Origin: Phycisphaerae bacterium
GTDB taxonomy: Bacteria; Planctomycetota; Phycisphaerae; Phycisphaerales; SM1A02
DNA length: 39,475 nucleotides
Direction of reading: 5' to 3'
NCBI GenBank assembly: GCA_018663565.1
Contig: JABJQE010000160.1
Span: 1 to 39,475, forward strand
The notes beneath the pieces are model-generated. The model was not told where the DNA came from, made no database searches, and saw only the letters and a program-made list of their open reading frames with translations. Both the position numbers and the translations under genes were made by a program. Shown in pieces: positions 32,074-39,475 of the stretch (the first letter of the stretch is position 1; the number at the start of each line of letters is the position of its first letter).

Positions 32074-34845
32074 GTGCTGCATTCAACAATCATCGCCGCG
32101 GGCTTGATGGCCTTACCGCTGCCGACCGATCAGGCTGTTAATGATGCGCCACTCGTCGCCGTTTCCCGGACCGTGAGCGGGAGTCTGGTTGTCGACATCA
32201 ACTGCGATGGGTCGCGACATCCCCGCATCGTGATCCCCTGCTCGATGCTCGGCCTGGAACGCGGGTTTGATCTTGAACTGATTCTGGACCAGAACCCCGC
32301 TGTGCCGCGCGTCGTCGTAGTCGGCGCAGACGGTGTGCAGAGGAACCATGCGGCTCCGGACATCGCGGTGTATCGCGCCTCCGCTTCCACGCCTACAGGC
32401 ACCAACGCCTTCCTTGCGATCGGACCCACGATGTCGCTGGGCTGGATCGAGTTGCCCGGCGGTGAACGTCTCGCCATTGGAACACTCCCCGAACCTCGCG
32501 TCGACAGCGCGCGTTCGCCGAACCTCCCACTATGCGGCGCCACCACCGATACACCACATCGCATCGCAGGTCCCCAGCCACCCTTCGGGGCAGGTCCAGC
32601 CGACACCGTCCTCGCCCGCCTCGCGGTCGAAACCGACTACGAGTACCGCTCGTTGTTTGAAACGACCGAGGAGGCGATCGAATATGCGATGTTCGTCTAT
32701 GCCGGTGTGGATGACATATACCGCCGGGAGATGAATGCCAGACTGCCTCTTGTGTTCCTGCGTATCTGGGACACGCCCATCGACCTCTTCAACGAGCCGA
32801 GTCCGCTGGGCAACTTTCGGGATTGGTGGAACGCGAACATGGGTGATGTCGAGCGTGAGGTCGTGCAGTTTTTCTCGGGACGCCGCGACCTCCCCTACGG
32901 TGGGGTCGCGTTCCTCTCTTCCCTTTGCAGCGGCAACCACTACTCGGTCGTGGGCTATGCAATGGGTTTCAGCGGCGATCTCGGTGAACCCAGCGTATTC
33001 AACTACGACGTCCATGTAACCGCGCACGAGTTGGGCCACAACTTCGGCACGCTGCACACGCACGATTACGAGATCGACAATTGCCTCTCGCTCTCCAACA
33101 CGCCGACTCGGGGCGGCATCATGAGTTATTGCTCGCAGACGGTCAGCGGTGGCAATGCGGTGACGGACCTGCGTTTCCACACCCTCTGCCGAGAGTACAT
33201 GTGGTTGCATCTCTCCGACGTGCAAGATTGCATCGGCCGCGACTGCAATGGCAATGGAATCGCAGACGCGACGGATATCGCGGATGGCTCCAGTGTCGAC
33301 CTCAACCTAAACGGTGTGCCGGATGCCTGCGAGGACTGCAATGGCAACGGCGTACCCGACCCGGCCGATATCGCCGCGGGCACCAGCGACGATGCTGATG
33401 AGAATGGGGTGCCGGATGAGTGCCAGGCCGACTGCAACGGCAACGGCATTCCCGACACCCTGGATATCGCAATGAGCATCAGCGAAGACATATGGGGGAA
33501 TGGTGTGCCGGACGAGTGCGAGGTGGACTGCGACGGCGATGGCATCGCCGACTACAACCAGTTGCAGGAGGACATGACGCTCGATACCGACCGCGACCTG
33601 ATTCTTGACGGTTGCGCCGACTGCGATCTGGACGGCATCAGCGACCTCGATGAACTTGACGGTGCATGGGGTGCCTGGCTCGCCACCCTCTCGGACGGGC
33701 GTATTCACCACGTCCACCCAGTGGTCGGCACCATGCTGATGAGCGGAGGGACCCCGAACTTCGATGCCCTGAGCTGGGACCTCGTCGTGGCAGCCGGACG
33801 CCGGGTCATCGTGTCAACCCCAGTGCTTGACTTGCTTCAAGTCTGCAATGACCACGGTGATGTACTTGCCATCTGGCCGACCGGCAACACGCTTCGCTCA
33901 CCCCGTGGCATGGCTATCCACGGCCGCGACCTGCTCGTCTGCGGCAACGACACCAACAACATCGCCCGGTTTGATCTGCCCTCCGGCCGATTGCTCGGAG
34001 ATGTGGTGCCACCGAATGAGGGTGGACTGACTGGCCCGCTGTCCATTCATGTTCGCGAGGACGGGGTGCTGCTGGTGGCCGACGAAACCAACGCAATCCG
34101 CGCCTTTGACGGATCCACCGGCGCTTCGCTCGGCGACCTCGTGCCGGCTTCGGACAATGGCGGCCTCGATGGGGCCCGTGGCATGGAGATCACCGCCGAC
34201 GGCCGCCTGATTGTGGCAAGTTTCCTGACCAATCAGGTGCTGTCCTACGATGCATTCACCGGCACCTTCCTTGGGCAGTTCAACAACGGTGGTACCGATA
34301 CCGCGCTGACGCTGGATCAGCCTTGGGGGGTACGCCGCGGTCCACTCGGTGGCATTCATGTCGTACGTTCCCATGCCGATCATCACGATGATCAAGGTGG
34401 TAATCACGACCGCCACGAATCAGATGGGATGGCCGACACTGCGGAACTGCACGTCAACTCGACGCGCGTTTACATCTTCGATGAAACCACCGGCAACTTC
34501 ATTCGCTCCTACGTCACCGGCAATGACACGGGGATCTGGCAACCAAGCGGTATCGACTTCATGCCGGGCGACCCGACCGACTGCAACCGCAACAGCGTGG
34601 CGGATGTCTGCGACATCCTGGCTGGTACCAGTAGTGATGAGGACGGCAACGGCATTCCCGATGAGTGCGGCCCCTCGCCGTGCGTGGCCGACCTGGACGT
34701 CTCAGGAACGGTCGGCACCGACGACCTGCTCATCATCATCAGTTTCTGGGGTGACTGCCCCGGCTGCGGCGCGGACTTCGATCAGGACGGCGTGATCGGC
34801 GCGTCCGATCTGCTGGTCATCCTCGCTGGCTGGGGTGGATGTTGA
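32074..34845 (+). CDS. Secreted multidomain metzincin-type zinc metalloprotease with CNGNG Ca-binding-like repeats, NHL-like beta-propeller repeats and C-terminal dockerin-like tail ending WGGC
   Basis: The GTG start has GGGAG 6 nt upstream. The signal-like N-terminus is LHSTIIAAGLMALPLPTDQA. The zinc motif is HELGHNFGTLH (HELGH at 33025-33039). DCNGNG(I/V)(A/P)D repeats occupy 33241-33525. NHL-like repeats include PRGMAIHGRDLLVCG, GPLSIHVREDGVLLVAD and ARGMEITADGRLIVAS. Two EF-hand-like dockerin repeats lie at 34691-34842. Confidence 0.8.
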   Translation: MLHSTIIAAGLMALPLPTDQAVNDAPLVAVSRTVSGSLVVDINCDGSRHPRIVIPCSMLGLERGFDLELILDQNPAVPRVVVVGADGVQRNHAAPDIAVYRASASTPTGTNAFLAIGPTMSLGWIELPGGERLAIGTLPEPRVDSARSPNLPLCGATTDTPHRIAGPQPPFGAGPADTVLARLAVETDYEYRSLFETTEEAIEYAMFVYAGVDDIYRREMNARLPLVFLRIWDTPIDLFNEPSPLGNFRDWWNANMGDVEREVVQFFSGRRDLPYGGVAFLSSLCSGNHYSVVGYAMGFSGDLGEPSVFNYDVHVTAHELGHNFGTLHTHDYEIDNCLSLSNTPTRGGIMSYCSQTVSGGNAVTDLRFHTLCREYMWLHLSDVQDCIGRDCNGNGIADATDIADGSSVDLNLNGVPDACEDCNGNGVPDPADIAAGTSDDADENGVPDECQADCNGNGIPDTLDIAMSISEDIWGNGVPDECEVDCDGDGIADYNQLQEDMTLDTDRDLILDGCADCDLDGISDLDELDGAWGAWLATLSDGRIHHVHPVVGTMLMSGGTPNFDALSWDLVVAAGRRVIVSTPVLDLLQVCNDHGDVLAIWPTGNTLRSPRGMAIHGRDLLVCGNDTNNIARFDLPSGRLLGDVVPPNEGGLTGPLSIHVREDGVLLVADETNAIRAFDGSTGASLGDLVPASDNGGLDGARGMEITADGRLIVASFLTNQVLSYDAFTGTFLGQFNNGGTDTALTLDQPWGVRRGPLGGIHVVRSHADHHDDQGGNHDRHESDGMADTAELHVNSTRVYIFDETTGNFIRSYVTGNDTGIWQPSGIDFMPGDPTDCNRNSVADVCDILAGTSSDEDGNGIPDECGPSPCVADLDVSGTVGTDDLLIIISFWGDCPGCGADFDQDGVIGASDLLVILAGWGGC
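33241..33525 (+). repeat. Three tandem 93-96-bp coding repeats (DCNGNG-x-PD...DIA-x-G-x-S-x-D...NGVPDEC), plus a diverged copy at 34579-34668
   Basis: Units start at 33241, 33334 and 33430, each with gactgcaa(t/c)ggcaa(t/c)gg. A partial, more diverged unit follows (DCDGDGIADYNQL). Confidence 0.85.
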
Positions 34846-34854
34846 GGGGGCACA

Positions 34855-35964
34855 TTAGCCGCCCTTGCCTCGGCGAGCGCCGCAATCACCGGCATCAAAC
34901 ACATGCGCCACATCGAAGGTGATGGTGGCCGGCTGGCCCTCTATCAATTCGGACGGCTCACATCGACCGATCATCGATGTTCCATCGACATCGAACACGA
35001 CATCCATGCGATCGCCAAGCCGCTCGATTGACGTCACCGTCGCCGAGACACCTCCGTTGTGGCTCAAGCGAATCGCCTCAGGCCTAATCCCGAGCACTGC
35101 GGCCCCCTCAGCTGTCCCGACCGGAGCCGTACACACCGCGCCACTCGATGAAGTGAAATCGGTGCCTCGCACATCGCCATCGAGGAGGTTCATAGGAGGC
35201 GTCCCGACAAAGCCGGCCACGAAGCGGTCGGCGGGGCGATCGTAGATCTCCGATGGCGAGCCGACCTGATGGATCACACCGTCCTTCATCACGACCAGTA
35301 CGTCTCCGAGCGTCATCGCTTCTTCCTGATCGTGCGTCACGTGAATCATGGTTGCGCCGAGACGCCGGTGTAGCGCACGCAATTCTGCTCGCATCGCAAT
35401 GCGAAGCTTTGCATCAAGATTGCTCAACGGTTCATCAAGCAAGAAGACCTTGGGGTCACGCACGAGCGCACGTCCGAGTGCCACACGCTGCCGCTGACCG
35501 CCACTGAGTTCGCGGGGAAATCTGTGCAGGTAATCCTCAATTTCGAGCTGTGTCGCAGCGGTAGCGACGCGTTCACTGATATCCACTGACTCGGCCTGTC
35601 GGACAGCACGCTCTGACCCGAACAGCAAGGACTTCCAGAAACTCGTCTTGCGTCGACGCTCCAAAGGAAAGCGAAGATTCCGCTCAACACTCATATGCGG
35701 ATACAGGGCATAGTTCTGAAACACCATGGCCACATCACGATCGCGTGGCGGCACGTCGTTGACTATTCGTTCACCGATGGAGATCGTGCCGCTACTCGCC
35801 GTTTCGAGACCGGCAATCATTCGAAGCGTCGTGCTCTTACCGCAACCACTCGGGCCAACAAGAACCGTGAACTGACCATCTGGAATAACCAAATCGCATG
35901 AGGCGACCGCGGTAACACCGCCCGGAAAAATCTTGGTCACAGCCTGAAGTCGAACGTCTGCCAT
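34855..35964 (-). CDS. Sugar-type ABC importer ATP-binding protein (MalK/UgpC/MsiK family)
   Basis: MADVRLQAVTKIF.... Motifs are Walker A GPSGCGKST, Q-loop MVFQNYALYPH, signature LSGGQRQR, Walker B FLLDEPLSNLD and VTHDQEEAM, followed by a C-terminal regulatory/TOBE-like domain. ATG 35964 lies 5 nt after the upstream permease stop. The track start at 36042 is an extension. Confidence 0.9.
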   Translation of the reverse strand: MADVRLQAVTKIFPGGVTAVASCDLVIPDGQFTVLVGPSGCGKSTTLRMIAGLETASSGTISIGERIVNDVPPRDRDVAMVFQNYALYPHMSVERNLRFPLERRRKTSFWKSLLFGSERAVRQAESVDISERVATAATQLEIEDYLHRFPRELSGGQRQRVALGRALVRDPKVFLLDEPLSNLDAKLRIAMRAELRALHRRLGATMIHVTHDQEEAMTLGDVLVVMKDGVIHQVGSPSEIYDRPADRFVAGFVGTPPMNLLDGDVRGTDFTSSSGAVCTAPVGTAEGAAVLGIRPEAIRLSHNGGVSATVTSIERLGDRMDVVFDVDGTSMIGRCEPSELIEGQPATITFDVAHVFDAGDCGARRGKGG

Positions 35965-35969
35965 ATGTC

Positions 35970-36875
35970 TTAGCCCTTCACGGCTCCACTGCCGAGTCCT
36001 TCGATGAATTGTTTCTGCGCTGCGAGGAACAACAAGATGCACGGGATCATCGTCACAACGCTCAAAGCCATCAAGAGGTGCACGTCCTCAAGCCCCGCAT
36101 ATTGGGTTCGGAATGAGTTGAGCGCGATCGCCAGCGTGTAATTCGATTCACTGTGCAAGTAGATAAGCGGGCTCATGAAATCGTTCCATGTGTAGATGAA
36201 CGAGAACACGGCAACAATGGCGGTCACCGGAGTACACAGCGGCAAGACGATCCGCCACCACAATCCAACCCATCCAAGCCCATCCAGACGACCCGCCTCG
36301 AGTAACGCTTCTGGAATGCCCGCAATGAACTGCCGGTACAGGAAGATATTAAAAGCGCTGCCAAAGAATGCCGGCACGATGAGTGGCAAGAGTGTGTCGA
36401 CCCATCCCATCGATCGGAAGAGCAGGAAGAGTGGAATCATGGTGACCTGCGCGGGCAGCATCATTGTGGCAAGCATGAGCAAGAACATGCCGCCGCGTCC
36501 GCGAAACCGAACACGGGCGAAGGCAAATCCGACAAGGCTGCAAGATAGCACCGTGCCAACGATGACCGACACTGTCACGACGATTGAGTTAGCCAGCGCA
36601 TCAAGAAAGGAAACCCATGGCGTCGAACCGACCTCTCGCATGGCGTCGGAATAGTTATGCCACTGCGGATCTTCGGGCCACACCTGCACAACATCGCCGC
36701 CAAGCATGGCCATACCGGCGCGTTGCTCGGTTTCAAGACTGACCACAAGCATCCACCACAACGGAAACAACATGAGCACCGCGCCAAGGAGGAGTGGAAG
36801 ATGCCGAAGTATCCCCCGGCGCCACATTGCAGCACCTCGGTTCCCAACTTCCGACTTCTGATACCCATCCCTCAT
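35970..36875 (-). CDS. ABC sugar importer permease (MalG/UgpE type)
   Basis: The protein has six predicted TM helices. Its EAA-loop region reads EALLEAGRLDGLGWVGLWWRIVLPL. ATG 36875 overlaps the upstream stop (ATGA). The track start at 36959 is an extension. Confidence 0.85.
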   Translation of the reverse strand: MRDGYQKSEVGNRGAAMWRRGILRHLPLLLGAVLMLFPLWWMLVVSLETEQRAGMAMLGGDVVQVWPEDPQWHNYSDAMREVGSTPWVSFLDALANSIVVTVSVIVGTVLSCSLVGFAFARVRFRGRGGMFLLMLATMMLPAQVTMIPLFLLFRSMGWVDTLLPLIVPAFFGSAFNIFLYRQFIAGIPEALLEAGRLDGLGWVGLWWRIVLPLCTPVTAIVAVFSFIYTWNDFMSPLIYLHSESNYTLAIALNSFRTQYAGLEDVHLLMALSVVTMIPCILLFLAAQKQFIEGLGSGAVKG

Positions 36876-39250
36876 GCCATGCCCTCGTAATACACCTTCT
36901 TGCCGCCGACCTTGAGCGTGATCGCAGTCAGAAGCAAGATGACAATCAAGAGCACCCACGCGAGCGCGGAGGCGTACCCCATTTCGTACACATCGAAAGC
37001 GAGGTTGTAGAGATACAACACATAGAACCGCGTGTCATCGCCCGGGCCGCCGCCGGTCATGACGAAGGCTTGGGTGAACACTTGGAATGACCCGATGATG
37101 GCCATGATCACATTGAAGAGAATGACTGGCGAGAGCATTGGAATCGTGACATTTCGGAACCGGCGCCACCACCTCGCTCCATCGATAGACGCCGCTTCAT
37201 ACTGTTCGGCTGGAATATTTCGAAGGCCCGCGAGATACACCAGCATGCTGCCACCGACAAGCCATAGATTCATAATCGCAAAAGCCGGAACGCCCCAAGT
37301 CGAAGCGTCCAGAGTGAACCAGGCTGGAGGCGAAGCGCCGAAGAGTCCGAGGATGGGCGTCAAAATGAAATTCATCAGTCCGCCATCACTCTTGAACACC
37401 CACTGCCACAGAACCGCAATGCCAACACCGGCGAGCACGCTGGGCAAATACCACGCGGCTCGGTACAGGCCGACGCCCCGTACCTTCATATTGAGCAGCA
37501 TGGCCGCGCCAAGCGCGAAGATTTGCCCAGTCGGCACCGCAATCAAGGCATAGAAAATGGTGACCCACAAGCTCGTCAGAAACGTGTCGTCATCAGTGAA
37601 CATGCGAGCGTAATTGGAGAGTCCAACATACTCGGCGGCTTCGATAGGCCCGAGTCCGCCCCACCTCGTGAACGACAGCAGCAGCGAAAGCAAAATAGGA
37701 CCGGCTAGAAAGACGGCAAAGCCAATCATCCATGGGGCAGTGAGCAGCCACCCGGACCGCTCTTCAAGTCGATCCGCTTTGGACCCAAGCCGGCGGCCGA
37801 GCACACGGCACACCATCGTGATCACGACACCAGCGGCAACGAGCACAACGATTCCTATGATCCACCATGGCATCTTCGGGAATACACCTGCAGTCAATGG
37901 CGACTGCAAACGGTCACGCCACCAGCGGTCGAGACTCTCCGTCGCAGTCACCACATCATCACTTCCGCGAAGTGTCTTGTTGAGGCGCCGATCGAATTGC
38001 TCGCCAAAGCTTGGATCGGCTGGCCATTGTGGAACCCGCGCTACAGTCACCTCATCAAGAAAGGCACGATCATTTGCAGGCGGCACGCTTGCGTCGATGA
38101 ATGCGTCCGACTCGGCCACGCTGCGGCGAGTTGGAATGGCCAGACCGAGCCGTGACTGCTCGGCCTGAATGTCTTCAGAAACAAGCCACCGAAGCAATTC
38201 AAATGCCTCGTCTGGGTGTTCGCTCTCACTGGCCATTGACCACGCTACCGTCGCAATGACATTGGCGTGTTCACGGCCGCGTGGCAATGGCAGGAAGTCC
38301 CACTCGAAACCACCAGGAGCACCTGCCGCTGCAATGCTTCGAAATGATGGCACCACCCAACGACCGAAGGGACCGACCATACCGATGCGGCCGGTCAAGA
38401 AGAGTGAAGATGGGTCGACTCCCTCGGCCTCTGCCGCCGCGAGCGTGTGCCGTTCGTCGTATCGCCACCGCCTGAGCCGCTCGAGCACGGCGCGAACATC
38501 AGGGTCGGTGACCCGAAGGTCGTTCCAATCATCGCCAACAACGTCAACACCTTCGCTCCACAGAATGGCTCGCAGCACGAATGGCCAAGTCACCACCTCG
38601 GCGCCGGTCACGCCATCGATTTCTCCAACGGCCCGGGCCGCCGTGATGAATTCATCCCAGGTCCAGTCAGTACTCGGCCGCTCAATGCCTGCTTGCCGAA
38701 GCAGATCCATATTGACGTAGAAGCCGAGCGTCGTGAAGTCCTTCGGAACCCCCCACAACTGGCCCTGACCGGTCTGCTGTCCATCCCACCGAAACGCATC
38801 GACTGGCGGCCCGTAAAAGTCCGAGAGGTCAAGACCCCCATGCTCGGCGGCCATATCCTCGATATCAACGAGCTGCCCCTCCCGCACATACACCGGCAAC
38901 CGGGCATAGTCCATATAGAAGACATCCGGCGGGTCGCCTGCGGCCATCATGGTCTGCAACTTCGTAAAGAACTGACCCGAATCACCTGGATTGATCCGCT
39001 GCACGCGTATTCCAGGATGCGCCACTTCAAACGCGCGAAGTGATGACTCCACGATTTGATCCTCTTCTTGCCCGCCGCCCCCGCTCCAGTGCATGACGCG
39101 AAGCGTCACTCCAGCAGACCCCATGTCTCGGAACGCCCGCGCCCCGACCCACACAAAGGCCCAGAGCACCAAGAGTGCAGCAACTACGGTCAAGAGACGC
39201 CGGGCCGCATCACCAAGCAACGCAGCGATGCCACGATGCTGAGCACTCAT
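36872..39250 (-). CDS. Fusion protein: membrane-anchored extracellular solute-binding protein (family-1/sugar type) joined by an extra TM helix to a MalF/UgpA-type ABC permease
   Basis: The ORF is a continuous 792 codons starting at ATG 39250. Residues ~20-40 form a TM anchor. The SBP-like region runs over residues ~45-455 (VTLRVMHWSGGGGQEED, PPDVFYMDY, WGVPKDFTTLGFYVNMDLL). A linker TM helix WWIIGIVVLVAAGVVITMV lies at nt ~37800-37870. The permease part carries the EAA motif YEAASIDGARWWRRFRNVTIPML. Confidence 0.8.
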   Translation of the reverse strand: MSAQHRGIAALLGDAARRLLTVVAALLVLWAFVWVGARAFRDMGSAGVTLRVMHWSGGGGQEEDQIVESSLRAFEVAHPGIRVQRINPGDSGQFFTKLQTMMAAGDPPDVFYMDYARLPVYVREGQLVDIEDMAAEHGGLDLSDFYGPPVDAFRWDGQQTGQGQLWGVPKDFTTLGFYVNMDLLRQAGIERPSTDWTWDEFITAARAVGEIDGVTGAEVVTWPFVLRAILWSEGVDVVGDDWNDLRVTDPDVRAVLERLRRWRYDERHTLAAAEAEGVDPSSLFLTGRIGMVGPFGRWVVPSFRSIAAAGAPGGFEWDFLPLPRGREHANVIATVAWSMASESEHPDEAFELLRWLVSEDIQAEQSRLGLAIPTRRSVAESDAFIDASVPPANDRAFLDEVTVARVPQWPADPSFGEQFDRRLNKTLRGSDDVVTATESLDRWWRDRLQSPLTAGVFPKMPWWIIGIVVLVAAGVVITMVCRVLGRRLGSKADRLEERSGWLLTAPWMIGFAVFLAGPILLSLLLSFTRWGGLGPIEAAEYVGLSNYARMFTDDDTFLTSLWVTIFYALIAVPTGQIFALGAAMLLNMKVRGVGLYRAAWYLPSVLAGVGIAVLWQWVFKSDGGLMNFILTPILGLFGASPPAWFTLDASTWGVPAFAIMNLWLVGGSMLVYLAGLRNIPAEQYEAASIDGARWWRRFRNVTIPMLSPVILFNVIMAIIGSFQVFTQAFVMTGGGPGDDTRFYVLYLYNLAFDVYEMGYASALAWVLLIVILLLTAITLKVGGKKVYYEGMA

Positions 39251-39305
39251 TGATCACCGCCGAGGCGTGGTTGGAGCCGCATGGTCGATACCCTACGCCA
39301 CCACG

Positions 39306-39475
39306 ATGATTGCCGCGCCGTTTATCCTGTGGAGCGCCTTGGCCGGATGGCCACCGAGCCTCGATGTCGTTCAGCCGAGCGAGGCGGCGGTCACCCATCC
39401 ACCGGCATCGATCGTAGCAGTTGAGCAAGCCGATGGACGCTGGCGATGCCTGTTTGGACTCGAAGGCGAGCCGAA
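39306..39475 (+). CDS. Possible 5' end of an unknown gene running off the right edge (divergent from the ABC operon)
   Basis: The frame is open from 39243 to the window end and is not in the ORF track because it has no stop. ATG 39306 gives MIAAPFILWSALAGWPPSLDVVQPSEAAVTHPPASIVAVEQADGRWRCLFGLEGEP. By hand count, 38 of 55 third codon positions are G/C. I recognise no homology. Confidence 0.25.
   Translation, partial: MIAAPFILWSALAGWPPSLDVVQPSEAAVTHPPASIVAVEQADGRWRCLFGLEGEP

Noticed and set aside
31286-33225. 237-aa ORF antisense to the FIST gene, and 231-aa ORF antisense to the metalloprotease gene
   Set aside because: They are shadow ORFs, and the sense frames carry clear family motifs.
32074-34845. 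Possible higher GC content of the metalloprotease gene as a sign of horizontal transfer
   Set aside because: My hand counts of a few 60-nt lines gave 58-67% here and 58% in clpC. That is too few samples to support a compositional anomaly, so a sliding-window GC and codon-usage calculation is needed.

Overview
Compact chromosomal window: about 96% is coding under my gene calls. It is moderately GC-rich by spot counts only, not computed. It reads as core genome of a Planctomycetota-like bacterium. That placement is an inference from GyrA and IF2 sequence style, a CNGNG-repeat protein ending in a dockerin-like WGGC tail, squalene-hopene cyclase and LpxI.

Gene content in order:
- Minus-strand block 1-7303: nusA-infB-rbfA. 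It continues through overlapping stop/start codons into an EndoIII-like HhH protein with a histone-H1-like lysine-rich tandem-repeat tail, a TPR protein, and yebC (partial, absent from the ORF track).
- A DsbD-type thiol-disulfide transporter.
- A WecA-like transferase coupled to an O-antigen-ligase-like/TPR membrane protein.
- LOG, lpxI, an S4-less TlyA-like methyltransferase, gyrA, a STAS-ExbD-TonB-like triad, and surE.
- A membrane GT2.
- A LolE/LolD-like ABC exporter, then clpC.
- A small lipoprotein and an RluA-family pseudouridine synthase.
- Squalene-hopene cyclase, divergent from a stand-alone FIST sensor.
- A 923-aa secreted metzincin / CNGNG-repeat / NHL-like / dockerin-like protein.
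- A sugar-type ABC importer whose binding protein is fused to the MalF-like permease.

I recognised no rRNA, tRNA, CRISPR array, transposase, integrase or classical defence gene.

The candidates most worth follow-up are:
1. The STAS-ExbD-TonB-like operon, which lacks ExbB.
2. The SBP-permease fusion importer.
3. The HhH/H1-like repeat protein embedded in the nusA-infB-rbfA operon.
4. The multidomain metzincin.
5. The 482-nt non-coding spacer upstream of nusA.

All family assignments come from reading motifs by eye. None has been verified by a search.
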